Notes under the pieces: generated by a model | Told to the model about the DNA's origin: nothing | Database searches by the model: none | The model's input: the letters and a program-made list of their open reading frames with translations, nothing else | Source of the DNA: Minisyncoccota bacterium | Lineage (GTDB): Bacteria > Patescibacteriota > Minisyncoccia > UBA6257 > GWB1-50-10 | Length of the DNA stretch: 64,000 nt | Assembly: GCA_020059585.1 (NCBI GenBank) | Contig: JAGVBU010000012.1 | Coordinates: 11,079-75,078 of the forward strand | Reading direction: 5' to 3' | In this document: piece after piece, positions 1 to 8,349 of the stretch | How positions within the stretch are numbered: position 1 is the first letter of the stretch | How the letters are laid out: the number at the start of each line of letters is the position of its first letter | Made by a program: the position numbers and the translations under genes

Positions 1-264
1 TCCGCACGCCGATATAAGCGCCCAAAAAAAACGTTCGTATCCGTATCCATACACGAACTCCGCGTCCGGCTTTTTCATTGATCGCCGTATACCAACGAGA
101 AGAAGGGATTGATTTAAGGTATCCGCAACGCTATGAACCGCTTCGGAAAACATCGCGCTTGAACCAGAAACGAACGCGGCCGAAAATTTTATCACTGCAA
201 CCGCGATATTCCCGATAAGCGCGGTAACTACGGGAAAAAGACCTGATATTGAATTGAATCTCAT
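1..264 (-). CDS. Cation diffusion facilitator (CDF) family transporter, N-terminal part; the gene runs off the window start
   Basis: Reverse-strand translation from ATG (rc of 262-264) gives MRFNSISGLFPVVTALIGNIAVAVIKFSAAFVSGSSAMFSEAVHSVADTLNQSLLLVGIRRS...PDAEFVYGYGYERF. This matches the CDF signature (SGS.A..SEA.HS.AD..N...LL.G...S....D..FPYGYG). Confidence 0.5.
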   Translation of the reverse strand, partial: MRFNSISGLFPVVTALIGNIAVAVIKFSAAFVSGSSAMFSEAVHSVADTLNQSLLLVGIRRSMKKPDAEFVYGYGYERFFWALISACG

Positions 265-272
265 AATTTCCG

Positions 273-343
273 CGGGGGCACTAGGAATTGAACCCAGATT
301 GACGGTTTTGGAGACCGTAGTCCTACCATTGAACGATGCCCCC
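273..343 (-). tRNA. tRNA-Trp (anticodon CCA)
   Basis: The reverse complement folds as a cloverleaf: acceptor GGGGGCA/TGCCCCC, D stem GTTC/GGAC, anticodon stem ACGGT/ACCGT with loop CTCCAAA, T arm CTGGG-TTCAATT-CCTAG, discriminator G. CCA is not encoded. Confidence 0.8.
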
Positions 344-388
344 TAACAACTCGAATTCTAGCGGACTACGGAAAAAAAATAAAGACAC

Positions 389-416
389 AAAAACTCCCCT
401 TGGGGGAGTTTTATTT
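389..416. terminator. Hairpin terminator-like element (aactcccc-ttg-ggggagtt followed by a T-run)
   Basis: Perfect 8-bp GC-rich stem flanked by A-run and T-run, so it could act on either strand. Confidence 0.45.
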
Positions 417-658
417 TCTGACTTCCTTATGCACCGTGTGTTTTCGACACCATTCGCAGTGTTTTTTGAGTTCTATCTTCCTTTCAACCGATTTTTTGTT
501 TTTATGCTTGTAATAGTTCAGATGCTTGCAAGTGCCACATCTCAATTTTACAAGACTGTCGCTGAATTTTCCTTGTGCCATGTATCGTTATAGGTACGGT
601 ACAAGAATACGATGAGAAGAGAAAAAAGTAAAGAGTATGGTACAATGAGTCTATAAGA

Positions 659-991
659 ATGTATATATCGCTTATCGTCATAAGTATAGGAATTGTAACG
701 GGCATTGCGCTTATTGTGATAAACGTGCGCACGTGCCATTCCCTCCTCGGATCTTTCTTTCGGCGCAGTTATACGCTTGCAACCGTGGGATGTCTTTTTT
801 TCACTTTAGGATTCGCCGTAGAGTTGTTTTATTTTTTCGGATATGATCACGTCATATTTGACATCGCGCACCACGTATTCCTTGTGCTCTCTATTATACT
901 TTTTACACTTGTGGGGACGAATTTTCCAAAAGAAGCAAGTGAAGCACTCGCGGAAAAACTTGAAAAAAAAGCACCGCCCTCTTCTTTTTAA
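659..991 (+). CDS. Hypothetical small membrane protein (3 predicted TM helices)
   Basis: 110-aa ORF with hydrophobic segments; no recognisable family. Confidence 0.3.
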   Translation: MYISLIVISIGIVTGIALIVINVRTCHSLLGSFFRRSYTLATVGCLFFTLGFAVELFYFFGYDHVIFDIAHHVFLVLSIILFTLVGTNFPKEASEALAEKLEKKAPPSSF

Positions 992-1177
992 ATTTTCCCG
1001 CAACGCATCCGCCATCAGGCGGAATTTTTTTGAGCCAATGTCTCGCTTTTGTATTACAAAACCCCCGCTGGAGGAAGGCAGGATGATTTCCTTTTTTGTA
1101 AAACAAAAACCCGCGAAAGCGGGAAAAATCATCCGTCGGAAACCGCAGGGTGTCCGAGACGGGGCGCGGGGGTTTTG

Positions 1178-1198
1178 TGGAGCCAATGGTCGGATTTG
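1178..1198 (-). repeat. Duplicate of the tRNA-Thr(GGT) 3' end (CAAATCCGACCATTGGCTCCA on the minus strand, with CCA encoded); it terminates a ~165-nt GC-rich structured element at 1199-1361
   Basis: 21-nt identity with the 3' end of the tRNA at 1362-1434. A third shorter copy (CATTGGCTCA) lies at 1031-1040, preceded by a hairpin and T-run. Confidence 0.7.
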
Positions 1199-1361
1199 CC
1201 ATTCCGCCTCTCGTCGCGCCGTCGCGCTCCTCGGGTTCCAGGCCTGCCCTCGCGGTGCGCACTGCTGTGCGCACATCGCTCCGGGCTTCAAATCCTGTCG
1301 CGAGACAAATCATTGTCTCGCTTTCCATTATTTAAAATTCCGCTTTCGCGGAATTTTTTTG

Positions 1362-1434
1362 AGCCAATGGTCGGATTTGAACCGACGACCTACTCCTTAC
1401 CATGGAGTTGCTCTACCAGCTGAGCTACATTGGC
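1362..1434 (-). tRNA. tRNA-Thr (anticodon GGT)
   Basis: Reverse complement is GCCAATG-TA-GCTC-AGCTGGTAG-AGC-A-ACTCC-ATGGTAA-GGAGT-AGGTC-GTCGG-TTCAAAT-CCGAC-CATTGGC-T. Anticodon loop ATGGTAA. Confidence 0.85.
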
Positions 1435-1654
1435 AAACGAGGAATGAATAATAGTTTCTACTGTTATTTACTCCGAGTGACGCCAATGCAAGAAGAAATA
1501 CTTACATTGGCGAGTGAGAAGAAAATAAGAACCGTGATTATTATTTACTTCGAACGATGCCAATGCAAGAAAAGCGCACATTGGCAAACGAGGAATGAAT
1601 AAGAACTTTTTTAAGAGTACAAGAAAAAATATCTCTCGGCAATTAGATTTCCGG

Positions 1655-1726
1655 AGCCACCTCTCGGATTTGAACCGAGGACCCACGCTTTACAAAAGCG
1701 TTGCTCTACCGCTGAGCTAAGGTGGC
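1655..1726 (-). tRNA. tRNA-Thr (anticodon TGT)
   Basis: Reverse complement is GCCACCT-TA-GCTC-AGCGGTAG-AGC-A-ACGCT-TTTGTAA-AGCGT-GGGTC-CTCGG-TTCAAAT-CCGAG-AGGTGGC-T. Confidence 0.85.
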
Positions 1727-1800
1727 GACAAAAAAATGATACTCGAGCAGAGACTATATTTCAACAACGAAAACCCCGACGTGATTATCGGGGGTTCGAA

Positions 1801-3009
1801 TTATTTTTTCTTTTTTCTCAGAAACGCGGGAATTTCCCATGGCTCTTCCTGATCAAGCGCTGCTTTCGGCTCCTTCTCTTTTTCTTTCGTAGCATGCTGA
1901 CGATCCTCTCCTCTTTCTTGTTGTTTTTCTTTCTTCGAAAGGATATCCGGCACATCGGAAACTTTCTCCCCGCTTGAGAAGAAAAGCGTTGGAGTAAGCC
2001 GAGATGCTGACACAACCCCGTTAAATCCCGTCGCAACCACCGTTACCTTCAAACTCTTATCTTTCAAGGTCTTGTCATAATACGCACCGAAAATAACTTT
2101 AGCGTTAGGATCAAGATTCGAAGTTACTGCTTTCGCGATATCATTAATTTCCGACATCTTGAGATCCTTCCCTCCCGCGACAGTAAAGAGAACCCCTTTC
2201 GCCCCATCAATAGAAATTTCGACGAGTGGAGAACGTATTGCGCCATTCACCGCTTTCACACTCCGTTCCTGCCCCGCAGACATTCCTATGCCTATAAGCG
2301 TTGTTCCCGCATCGCGCAAAATTGCTTTTACATCGGCAAAATCCACATTAATAATCCCCGGAACATTTACCACCTCAGTCACCGCAAGCACGGCCTGTTT
2401 TAATATTTCATCGACAAATCCGAATGCCTTCACAATCGATGTTTCCTTGTCGATGAGACTGAAAATCCTGTCGTTTGGAATAATGATAAGCGAATCAACC
2501 TTATCCTTGATGCGGTGAAGTCCGTCCTGCGCGATTGATGATCTCTGTGCCCCTTCAAACGCAAAAGGTTTCGTCACCATCGCCACAGTGAGAATTCCCT
2601 TTTCTTTTGCAACTTCCGCAACCACGGACGCGCCAAGCGTTCCCGTGCCGCCACCCATTCCCGCCGTCACAAATACCACATCCGCGCCTTCAAGCGCTTC
2701 TCCTATTTCAGAGCGGTTTTCCTCTGCCGCCTGTTTTCCTATTTCAGGATTCATTCCCGCGCCAAGTCCTTTCGTGAGCGCGCGTCCGATATATATTTTC
2801 TTATGCGCCATGACGCGATCAAGATCCTGCGCATCAGTATTGATTGCGATAAACTCAACGCCACGCATGCGATCCCCTTCCATCATCCGCGAGATTATTT
2901 TTCCTCCCGCGCCCCCGATTCCTATCACTTTCACGTGGGCAATAGGCGCACGCGGAGGAGTTTTTTGGACGGATTGTCTTCTTAAGGTTTTATGTTCTCT
3001 TTTTTTCAT
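1801..3009 (-). CDS. ftsZ: Cell division GTPase FtsZ
   Basis: Tubulin/FtsZ motifs VIGIGGAGG and AGMGGGTGTLGA, plus a C-terminal lysine-rich tail. Confidence 0.95.
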   Translation of the reverse strand: MKKREHKTLRRQSVQKTPPRAPIAHVKVIGIGGAGGKIISRMMEGDRMRGVEFIAINTDAQDLDRVMAHKKIYIGRALTKGLGAGMNPEIGKQAAEENRSEIGEALEGADVVFVTAGMGGGTGTLGASVVAEVAKEKGILTVAMVTKPFAFEGAQRSSIAQDGLHRIKDKVDSLIIIPNDRIFSLIDKETSIVKAFGFVDEILKQAVLAVTEVVNVPGIINVDFADVKAILRDAGTTLIGIGMSAGQERSVKAVNGAIRSPLVEISIDGAKGVLFTVAGGKDLKMSEINDIAKAVTSNLDPNAKVIFGAYYDKTLKDKSLKVTVVATGFNGVVSASRLTPTLFFSSGEKVSDVPDILSKKEKQQERGEDRQHATKEKEKEPKAALDQEEPWEIPAFLRKKKK

Positions 3010-3120
3010 CTCATTAGAAAATTATTTTATATTCGACGCGCCTCCCTCTTTTTATTTTTATATTCATGTTTAGTCATCATTCTCCCCGTCTTTTTTCACG
3101 GGAGATATACGATATGTATA

Positions 3121-4341
3121 TTACGGAATAAAATTTTTGAAAAAATTTCTCATCGCGCCCCCGATTCCTGACATTGACGGTCCCCCTCCCGAATCTCCCA
3201 CAACGACGAGTCCAAGCGCCGTCGCAAACTCTGGATCATCAAGCAGCTCCTTGTGGGTTGGATTCATAATTTCAAAAGGACTCAATTCGGGAAATCCCAT
3301 CTGCGTATGGAATTTTAGTTCTTGCCGCACAAGATCCGTAATTCCCGGAAGCTTCGCCCCTCCTCCGGTGATAACTACCCCCGCGGGAAGCTGTATGCTC
3401 CGTCCAAGAACTTTGAGCTCATTATTTACAAGCTCGAGAATTTCCGCAAGTCGTACCTCTATTATTTCAGCCAAGAAACGTTTTGAGACCTCTCCCTTGT
3501 TCGCGGGATCGAATTCAGAAAGCGGGATCACGTCTTTTCTCCCCACCTCCTTTGATATCGCGTATCCATATGTAAGTTTTATTTTCTCCGCGGAATCGAA
3601 CGAAATTCTGAGCCCCATCGCAATATCGTTTGTCACGTGCCGCATACCTATCGGGATGCTTTTTGCGTAAGAAACCTTGTTCTCCTCATATACCACGAAT
3701 GAAGTGGTGTCGAATCCGAAATCGATCATTAACACTCCCAGATCCTTCTGTTTTTTTGAAAGCACCGCGCGGGCCGTCGCGAGAGGATTGAAAACTATAC
3801 CCCCTATCCGCACCCCCACGTGTCCCAATATCTTTAGAAGAAGATTTGTCTGCGGAGCAAACGATTCCACAATAAGCGTACTCACTTCAAGACGATTCCC
3901 TGTCATGCCAATCGGATCATGAATATCACCCACATCATCAACGAAAAACTCCCGCGTGATATTATGAATAACCATATAATTAGGCTGGAGCTTCACCGCT
4001 TGTGATGCCTGAATAACGCGATCAACATCATCTTGCTGTATTTCTCTATCCGCCCGCGCAACCGCGGCAATCCCCCGCGAATTCCTTACCCGGATATGTT
4101 CACTATTTACGTTCACAAAAACATTCTGCGTAACTTTTTTGGAAATATTCTGGAGATCAAGAACAAGCTCTCTTAATATTCTCGTCGCCTCCTCGGGATC
4201 AACGAGCACTCCCTTATGAAAACCCGACGAAGGATGTTTCACCACCGCAAGAACAGAAAGTTGTCCGTTTTTTCTTTTTTCGGCAACAACACATTTTATA
4301 TATAGGGATCCAATATCAAGACCGGTGATAATGCTCGGCAT
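3121..4341 (-). CDS. ftsA: Cell division protein FtsA (actin-like ATPase)
   Basis: N-terminus ITGLDIGSLYIKCVV, actin-fold ATPase, position immediately upstream of ftsZ. Confidence 0.9.
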   Translation of the reverse strand: MPSIITGLDIGSLYIKCVVAEKRKNGQLSVLAVVKHPSSGFHKGVLVDPEEATRILRELVLDLQNISKKVTQNVFVNVNSEHIRVRNSRGIAAVARADREIQQDDVDRVIQASQAVKLQPNYMVIHNITREFFVDDVGDIHDPIGMTGNRLEVSTLIVESFAPQTNLLLKILGHVGVRIGGIVFNPLATARAVLSKKQKDLGVLMIDFGFDTTSFVVYEENKVSYAKSIPIGMRHVTNDIAMGLRISFDSAEKIKLTYGYAISKEVGRKDVIPLSEFDPANKGEVSKRFLAEIIEVRLAEILELVNNELKVLGRSIQLPAGVVITGGGAKLPGITDLVRQELKFHTQMGFPELSPFEIMNPTHKELLDDPEFATALGLVVVGDSGGGPSMSGIGGAMRNFFKNFIP

Positions 4342-4353
4342 AAATTTTTGAAA

Positions 4354-4809
4354 TTATTTTTCAGCGGGGCGCGAAATAAAACGCACTATCTCTCTTTCAC
4401 GCGCTTCCATTACCATTCTAGCACTCTTTTTTTCGTGGGTATATCCCAAAAGGTGTAAAAGACCGTGTATCGCGAGGAACACAACATCTTCGTTTTTCGC
4501 GGTAATGACACGCGGCGCGAGGAATATCTCACCGTGCCACGCGCTGTTTTTCGGGGATTCCGGATGAGGAAAAGAATGCGACGCCTCGAAACTAAGCACG
4601 TTTGTTGCGAAATCCTTTCCTCTTGTTTTCAAATTAATTCGCCGCATTGAAGAATTAAGAACGAGGTGTACCGCGCAGGAGAAATTCTTCTTTTTTTCAA
4701 AAAAAAGCGCCGCATCAAGTGCCCGCGCGATTTTTCTTCCATCACGGATAAAAACATCGGATTCACACGTAACCGTAACACTGTTCGTTCCACGCAACGA
4801 CCGAATCAT
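4354..4809 (-). CDS. ybeY: rRNA maturation endoribonuclease YbeY
   Basis: HGLLHLLGYTHE metal-binding motif. Confidence 0.85.
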   Translation of the reverse strand: MIRSLRGTNSVTVTCESDVFIRDGRKIARALDAALFFEKKKNFSCAVHLVLNSSMRRINLKTRGKDFATNVLSFEASHSFPHPESPKNSAWHGEIFLAPRVITAKNEDVVFLAIHGLLHLLGYTHEKKSARMVMEAREREIVRFISRPAEK

Positions 4810-5285
4810 GCGAGCGAAGAAAAAATTTCTTTTATTTTTGCGCCAACCGCGCCAGCGTCAGCTCGTCCTTTTAACGATTTCATCGCTTCTCCCATAACTT
4901 TTCCAAAATCCTTCTTACTCGAGGGAGCAACAAGCGCAACCGCCTTTTGTATCGCTTCTTTAATCTCGTCCTCTGTTGCCTGCGGAGGAAGATACGCGCC
5001 AAGAATGAGACTTTCCGCCTCCTCTTTCTCCGCGAGATCCATCCTTCCCCCTTCGCGAAATGCTTGCGCCGACTCCTTCCGTTTTTTCACCTCGCGGATT
5101 ATAGCATCGAGGGTCTCTTCGTCGCTCATTGGACCCGCGTCTCCTTTTCCGCGCTTTTCGATCTGGCGCGTCTGGAGTGCGGCAATAAGCATGCGCAATG
5201 TAAGCACCACGCGATCATCTCTCCTGCGAAGCGCTGCCTCGCAGTCACTATGAATTCTTTTTTCCAGAGGTTGCATTGTTTCCAT
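4806..5285 (-). CDS. GatB/YqeY domain protein
   Basis: Conserved pairing downstream of rpsU; helical YqeY-like sequence. The annotated start probably overlaps the rpsU end, so the true start may be a few codons downstream. Confidence 0.6.
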   Translation of the reverse strand: METMQPLEKRIHSDCEAALRRRDDRVVLTLRMLIAALQTRQIEKRGKGDAGPMSDEETLDAIIREVKKRKESAQAFREGGRMDLAEKEEAESLILGAYLPPQATEDEIKEAIQKAVALVAPSSKKDFGKVMGEAMKSLKGRADAGAVGAKIKEIFSSLA

Positions 5286-5484
5286 ATTTTCTTACCTGTT
5301 TCAACTCTTCTTTTTTCCCGATGCGATATAATGCCGCAGAACGCCGCTTATTGCGGTTCACCGCGCGACTCGTAAAACGGCGCTTTCTCATCTCCTTCAT
5401 GATACCGCTGTGTTTTACCTTTTTGTTGAAACGAAAAAGAAATGAACCTACGCTTTCCCCTTCTTTTTTCTTTGCTTCTATCAT
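5248..5484 (-). CDS. rpsU: 30S ribosomal protein S21
   Basis: ESVGSFLFRFNKKVKHSGIMKEMRKRRFTSRAVNRNKRR resembles the S21 core (ALRRFKR..EK.G...E.R.R..YEKP). Confidence 0.7.
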   Translation of the reverse strand: MIEAKKKEGESVGSFLFRFNKKVKHSGIMKEMRKRRFTSRAVNRNKRRSAALYRIGKKEELKQVRKYGNNATSGKKNS

Positions 5485-5491
5485 TGATATA

Positions 5492-5893
5492 CTATGAAAT
5501 TATTTTTTTCTTTATTTCTTCGACTGATTCTTTTTTATATTCCGCAATACTTTGAATGCATCCTCCTCCGTCGTCCCGCCATCGCGGCATAATGTGGATA
5601 TGAAGGTGAGGTACCTCCTGCCCCGCCGCTTCTCCATGATTTATCCCTATACTGAATCCGTCCGGACTTAGCTTTTCCTTGAGAAGAATAACAACGCTCT
5701 TTACCGCTCCGAACAGATCTCCCATCTTCTCCGGAGGGACATCATCAATTGATGCGGCATGAAACTTCGGTAATACAAGCGTATGTCCGGGTGTACGAGG
5801 ATGAATATCCAGAATCCCTATCGCGTCATCATCTTCATATATTACATGCGAGGGAATCTCCTTATGCGCAATTTTACAAAATATACAGTCCAT
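5492..5893 (-). CDS. HIT-family (histidine triad) nucleotide hydrolase
   Basis: HLHIHIM histidine-triad motif. Confidence 0.8.
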   Translation of the reverse strand: MDCIFCKIAHKEIPSHVIYEDDDAIGILDIHPRTPGHTLVLPKFHAASIDDVPPEKMGDLFGAVKSVVILLKEKLSPDGFSIGINHGEAAGQEVPHLHIHIMPRWRDDGGGCIQSIAEYKKESVEEIKKKIIS

Positions 5894-5898
5894 GGGCG

Positions 5899-7254
5899 TT
5901 ATTCCTCCTTCAGCTTCTTTTTTACCACTTCTACCATATGGTCTGCAACTACGGTCTCCTGCGCGCTCGTCCGCATGTCCCGCACAATAACCGTTCCGTC
6001 AAACGCCTCTTTCTGCCCGAGAAGGAGCGTGAGAGGCACTTTCATTCGTTCTGCCGTCTTCATTTGCATCTTCAACGACTTCTTCCCCAGCGCCTCAATC
6101 GAGACAATTCCCGCGTCGCGCAAAAGCCCAATAAGACGCACGCTCGCTTTTTTGGCATGATCCCCTATGGCAATAAAAAATATCTTCGGTTTTTCCTTCC
6201 GTTCGCAAGAAAGCCCTTTCATAACGTCGACAACTCTGTCGAGGAAGATAACGCTTCCCGCTGCCGGAACCTGACGCCCTCCCACCGCCTCGAAAAGATA
6301 ATCGAACCTTCCTCCTATGGCAAGTAACTGCCCCGTGGGCGCATACACAGAGAACACAAGACGATTCCACATATCTCCTTCACGAATAAGATGAGGATCT
6401 AATTCGTAGAGTATCCCCTCTTCCTCAAGGAGTTCAAGAAGCGTCTTGAAATGATTATTGCAATTCTGACATAGATAATCGAGTACGAGTGGCGCGGATT
6501 GACGCACGCCAGCACACTTTTCCTCGGCACATTTCAGAAATGAAAAATAATCTCCCGTCCCCGCGCATTGTTTGCAAAGGCCGTTTTTTTCCTTTGAATA
6601 AAAAGACTTTATTTTCTCGCGATACGCGCCTCTGCATGTCCTGCATCCATTCGTATTTATTTTTAAAACAACTTTGCGTATTTTGAGCAATTTCAAAAAG
6701 CTTATTACTACTCCGATAATCTCTATATCATATACGGGATCATTGTCCCCAAGAACGGAAAACCCCCATTCACGCGACTCTCCTTGAGTCTCATGAAAAT
6801 ACCACGGCTCCTTCACAAACGAGGATCCGAAGAAAAACGTTTTAAGAGGAGACGCAAAATAACCAAGATGATGATTCACGTAGCTTCGGATAATGCCAAA
6901 AAGTCCAGAAGGACGCAGCACAAGACGCTCGCGCGCTCCCGCCATAAATGTATACCAGTGTTTTTCGGAAAATTTTTTATCTTTTCCAAACACTTTTTCA
7001 AAAAACGCCGCGCTTTCCACCGCGGGAGTATTCGCGCAATGAAAACCATGCAATTCAGCGATGGAGTTTCCCGCCTTCCAAATGTCCTTCCATAGAGGAG
7101 AATCCTTTGGGAGAAGATCTGGAAACCCACGGAGCGTAAACACCCCCTCACTCTTCCTTACTTTCCCGATTTTGTTGTTGTTCTTTTTTTTGTTCATATC
7201 ATTTATTAGGAATCGCGGATTAATACGTAGGCGCCGAAAACGCCTGAACTTCAT
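5899..7254 (-). CDS. hisS: Histidyl-tRNA synthetase; the true start is probably at the internal Met near 7194
   Basis: Class II aaRS motifs: MYTF...LVLRPSGL and GGRFDYL (GGRYD motif 3), plus a C-terminal anticodon-binding domain. The ORF 5' end overlaps lepB. Confidence 0.85.
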   Translation of the reverse strand: MKFRRFRRLRINPRFLINDMNKKKNNNKIGKVRKSEGVFTLRGFPDLLPKDSPLWKDIWKAGNSIAELHGFHCANTPAVESAAFFEKVFGKDKKFSEKHWYTFMAGARERLVLRPSGLFGIIRSYVNHHLGYFASPLKTFFFGSSFVKEPWYFHETQGESREWGFSVLGDNDPVYDIEIIGVVISFLKLLKIRKVVLKINTNGCRTCRGAYREKIKSFYSKEKNGLCKQCAGTGDYFSFLKCAEEKCAGVRQSAPLVLDYLCQNCNNHFKTLLELLEEEGILYELDPHLIREGDMWNRLVFSVYAPTGQLLAIGGRFDYLFEAVGGRQVPAAGSVIFLDRVVDVMKGLSCERKEKPKIFFIAIGDHAKKASVRLIGLLRDAGIVSIEALGKKSLKMQMKTAERMKVPLTLLLGQKEAFDGTVIVRDMRTSAQETVVADHMVEVVKKKLKEE

Positions 7255-7759
7255 TCACGGGCCACAGTCGAATGCGCACCACGCCGATAATATCATCTTT
7301 CGGAAGGGGTCCCCAACTCCTTGAATCAAAACTGAAATTACGATTGTCTCCCATCACGAAATATTCATCGTCCTCAAGAGTGACTTCAAATGATCCCTGA
7401 GTAAATCTTCCGCTCAAATAAAGTTCGTTGAGATCTATTTTCTCTTCATCTTGATATGCGGTGATGCGCCCCCCCTCAAGAACAATGCGCTCCCCCGGCA
7501 ATCCTATAATTCTCTTTATGTAAAAAGACTTCGGATCCGCGGGATAACGGAATACGACAACCTCCCCGCGTTGAGGATCGCGGAATGAATAAGTGAGTTC
7601 GTCGACAAGAAGATAATTCCCATTATAGAATGTCGGTTCCATGCTCGCGCCGCTTACCACAAACGGCTGGATGACAAACGCGCGCACAAGAACAACAGCG
7701 ACCACCGCGAGAGCGACAGTCTCAAACATCTCAAACAGGGACCATAAAATTTTCTTCAT
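7220..7759 (-). CDS. lepB: Signal peptidase I
   Basis: SGASMEPTF (catalytic Ser box) and GDNRNFSFDSRSWG (box E). Confidence 0.9.
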   Translation of the reverse strand: MKKILWSLFEMFETVALAVVAVVLVRAFVIQPFVVSGASMEPTFYNGNYLLVDELTYSFRDPQRGEVVVFRYPADPKSFYIKRIIGLPGERIVLEGGRITAYQDEEKIDLNELYLSGRFTQGSFEVTLEDDEYFVMGDNRNFSFDSRSWGPLPKDDIIGVVRIRLWPVNEVQAFSAPTY

Positions 7760-7803
7760 AAAAATAGAAAACGGATATTGAGTATGCGATAATTGTATGG
7801 AAT

Positions 7804-8349
7804 ATGAAAGAAAAGTTCAACTTTGAAAATAGTACACTCATCGCCGGACTTGGAAATCCGGGAAATGAGTACGAAAGGACATTTCATAATGCCGGAGCGC
7901 AATTCGTTTCTTTTGCGGTAATACAACACGGAGAGAACATCGGGTGGAAAAAACATTCCTCCGGACTCTTTACATACGCGAAACGCGAAGGACGTATATT
8001 TCTCGTTCCTCTTGTGTTTATGAATGAATCAGGGAGCGCTATCCTCCGCGCGTTATCATTCTTCAAGATCCCCGCAGAAAAAATGATAATTGCGCATGAT
8101 GATTCTGATATAGGAATAGAGTCCTACAAGATCGACTATGGACGGGGTGCGGCGGGACATCGCGGCGTTGCGAATGTGATGAACGTACTCGGCACAAAAT
8201 CGTTCTGGCGGATCCGCATAGGAATACGGGATATGCGGGAAGAAAAAAGGATGAAAGCGGAAACGTTTGTCCTCTCTAAGGAGACGCGGGAAGAAAAAGC
8301 CGCTCTTGAGCGGACATTTCTTTCGATCCTCGAGGAAACACACTTATAG
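7804..8349 (+). CDS. pth: Peptidyl-tRNA hydrolase
   Basis: IAGLGNPGNEYERTFHNAGAQFV N-terminal signature. Confidence 0.9.
   Translation: MKEKFNFENSTLIAGLGNPGNEYERTFHNAGAQFVSFAVIQHGENIGWKKHSSGLFTYAKREGRIFLVPLVFMNESGSAILRALSFFKIPAEKMIIAHDDSDIGIESYKIDYGRGAAGHRGVANVMNVLGTKSFWRIRIGIRDMREEKRMKAETFVLSKETREEKAALERTFLSILEETHL

Noticed and set aside
806-1451. Several 120-200-aa ORFs on both strands (806..1291, 843..1451, 903..1328, 1049..1423)
   Set aside because: They overlay the GC-rich tRNA-Thr 3'-fragment elements and the tRNA itself, and overlap each other in all frames. Long ORFs arise by chance in GC-rich palindromic sequence, and there is no protein-like composition.
2159-3073. Antisense ORFs inside ftsZ (2159..2518, 2588..3073)
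   Set aside because: These are shadow ORFs opposite a highly conserved gene.
4465-5253. Plus-strand ORFs (4465..4650, 4666..5253) opposite ybeY and the yqeY-like gene
   Set aside because: They are antisense to conserved CDSs. Their translations are Arg/Ser-rich and of low complexity.
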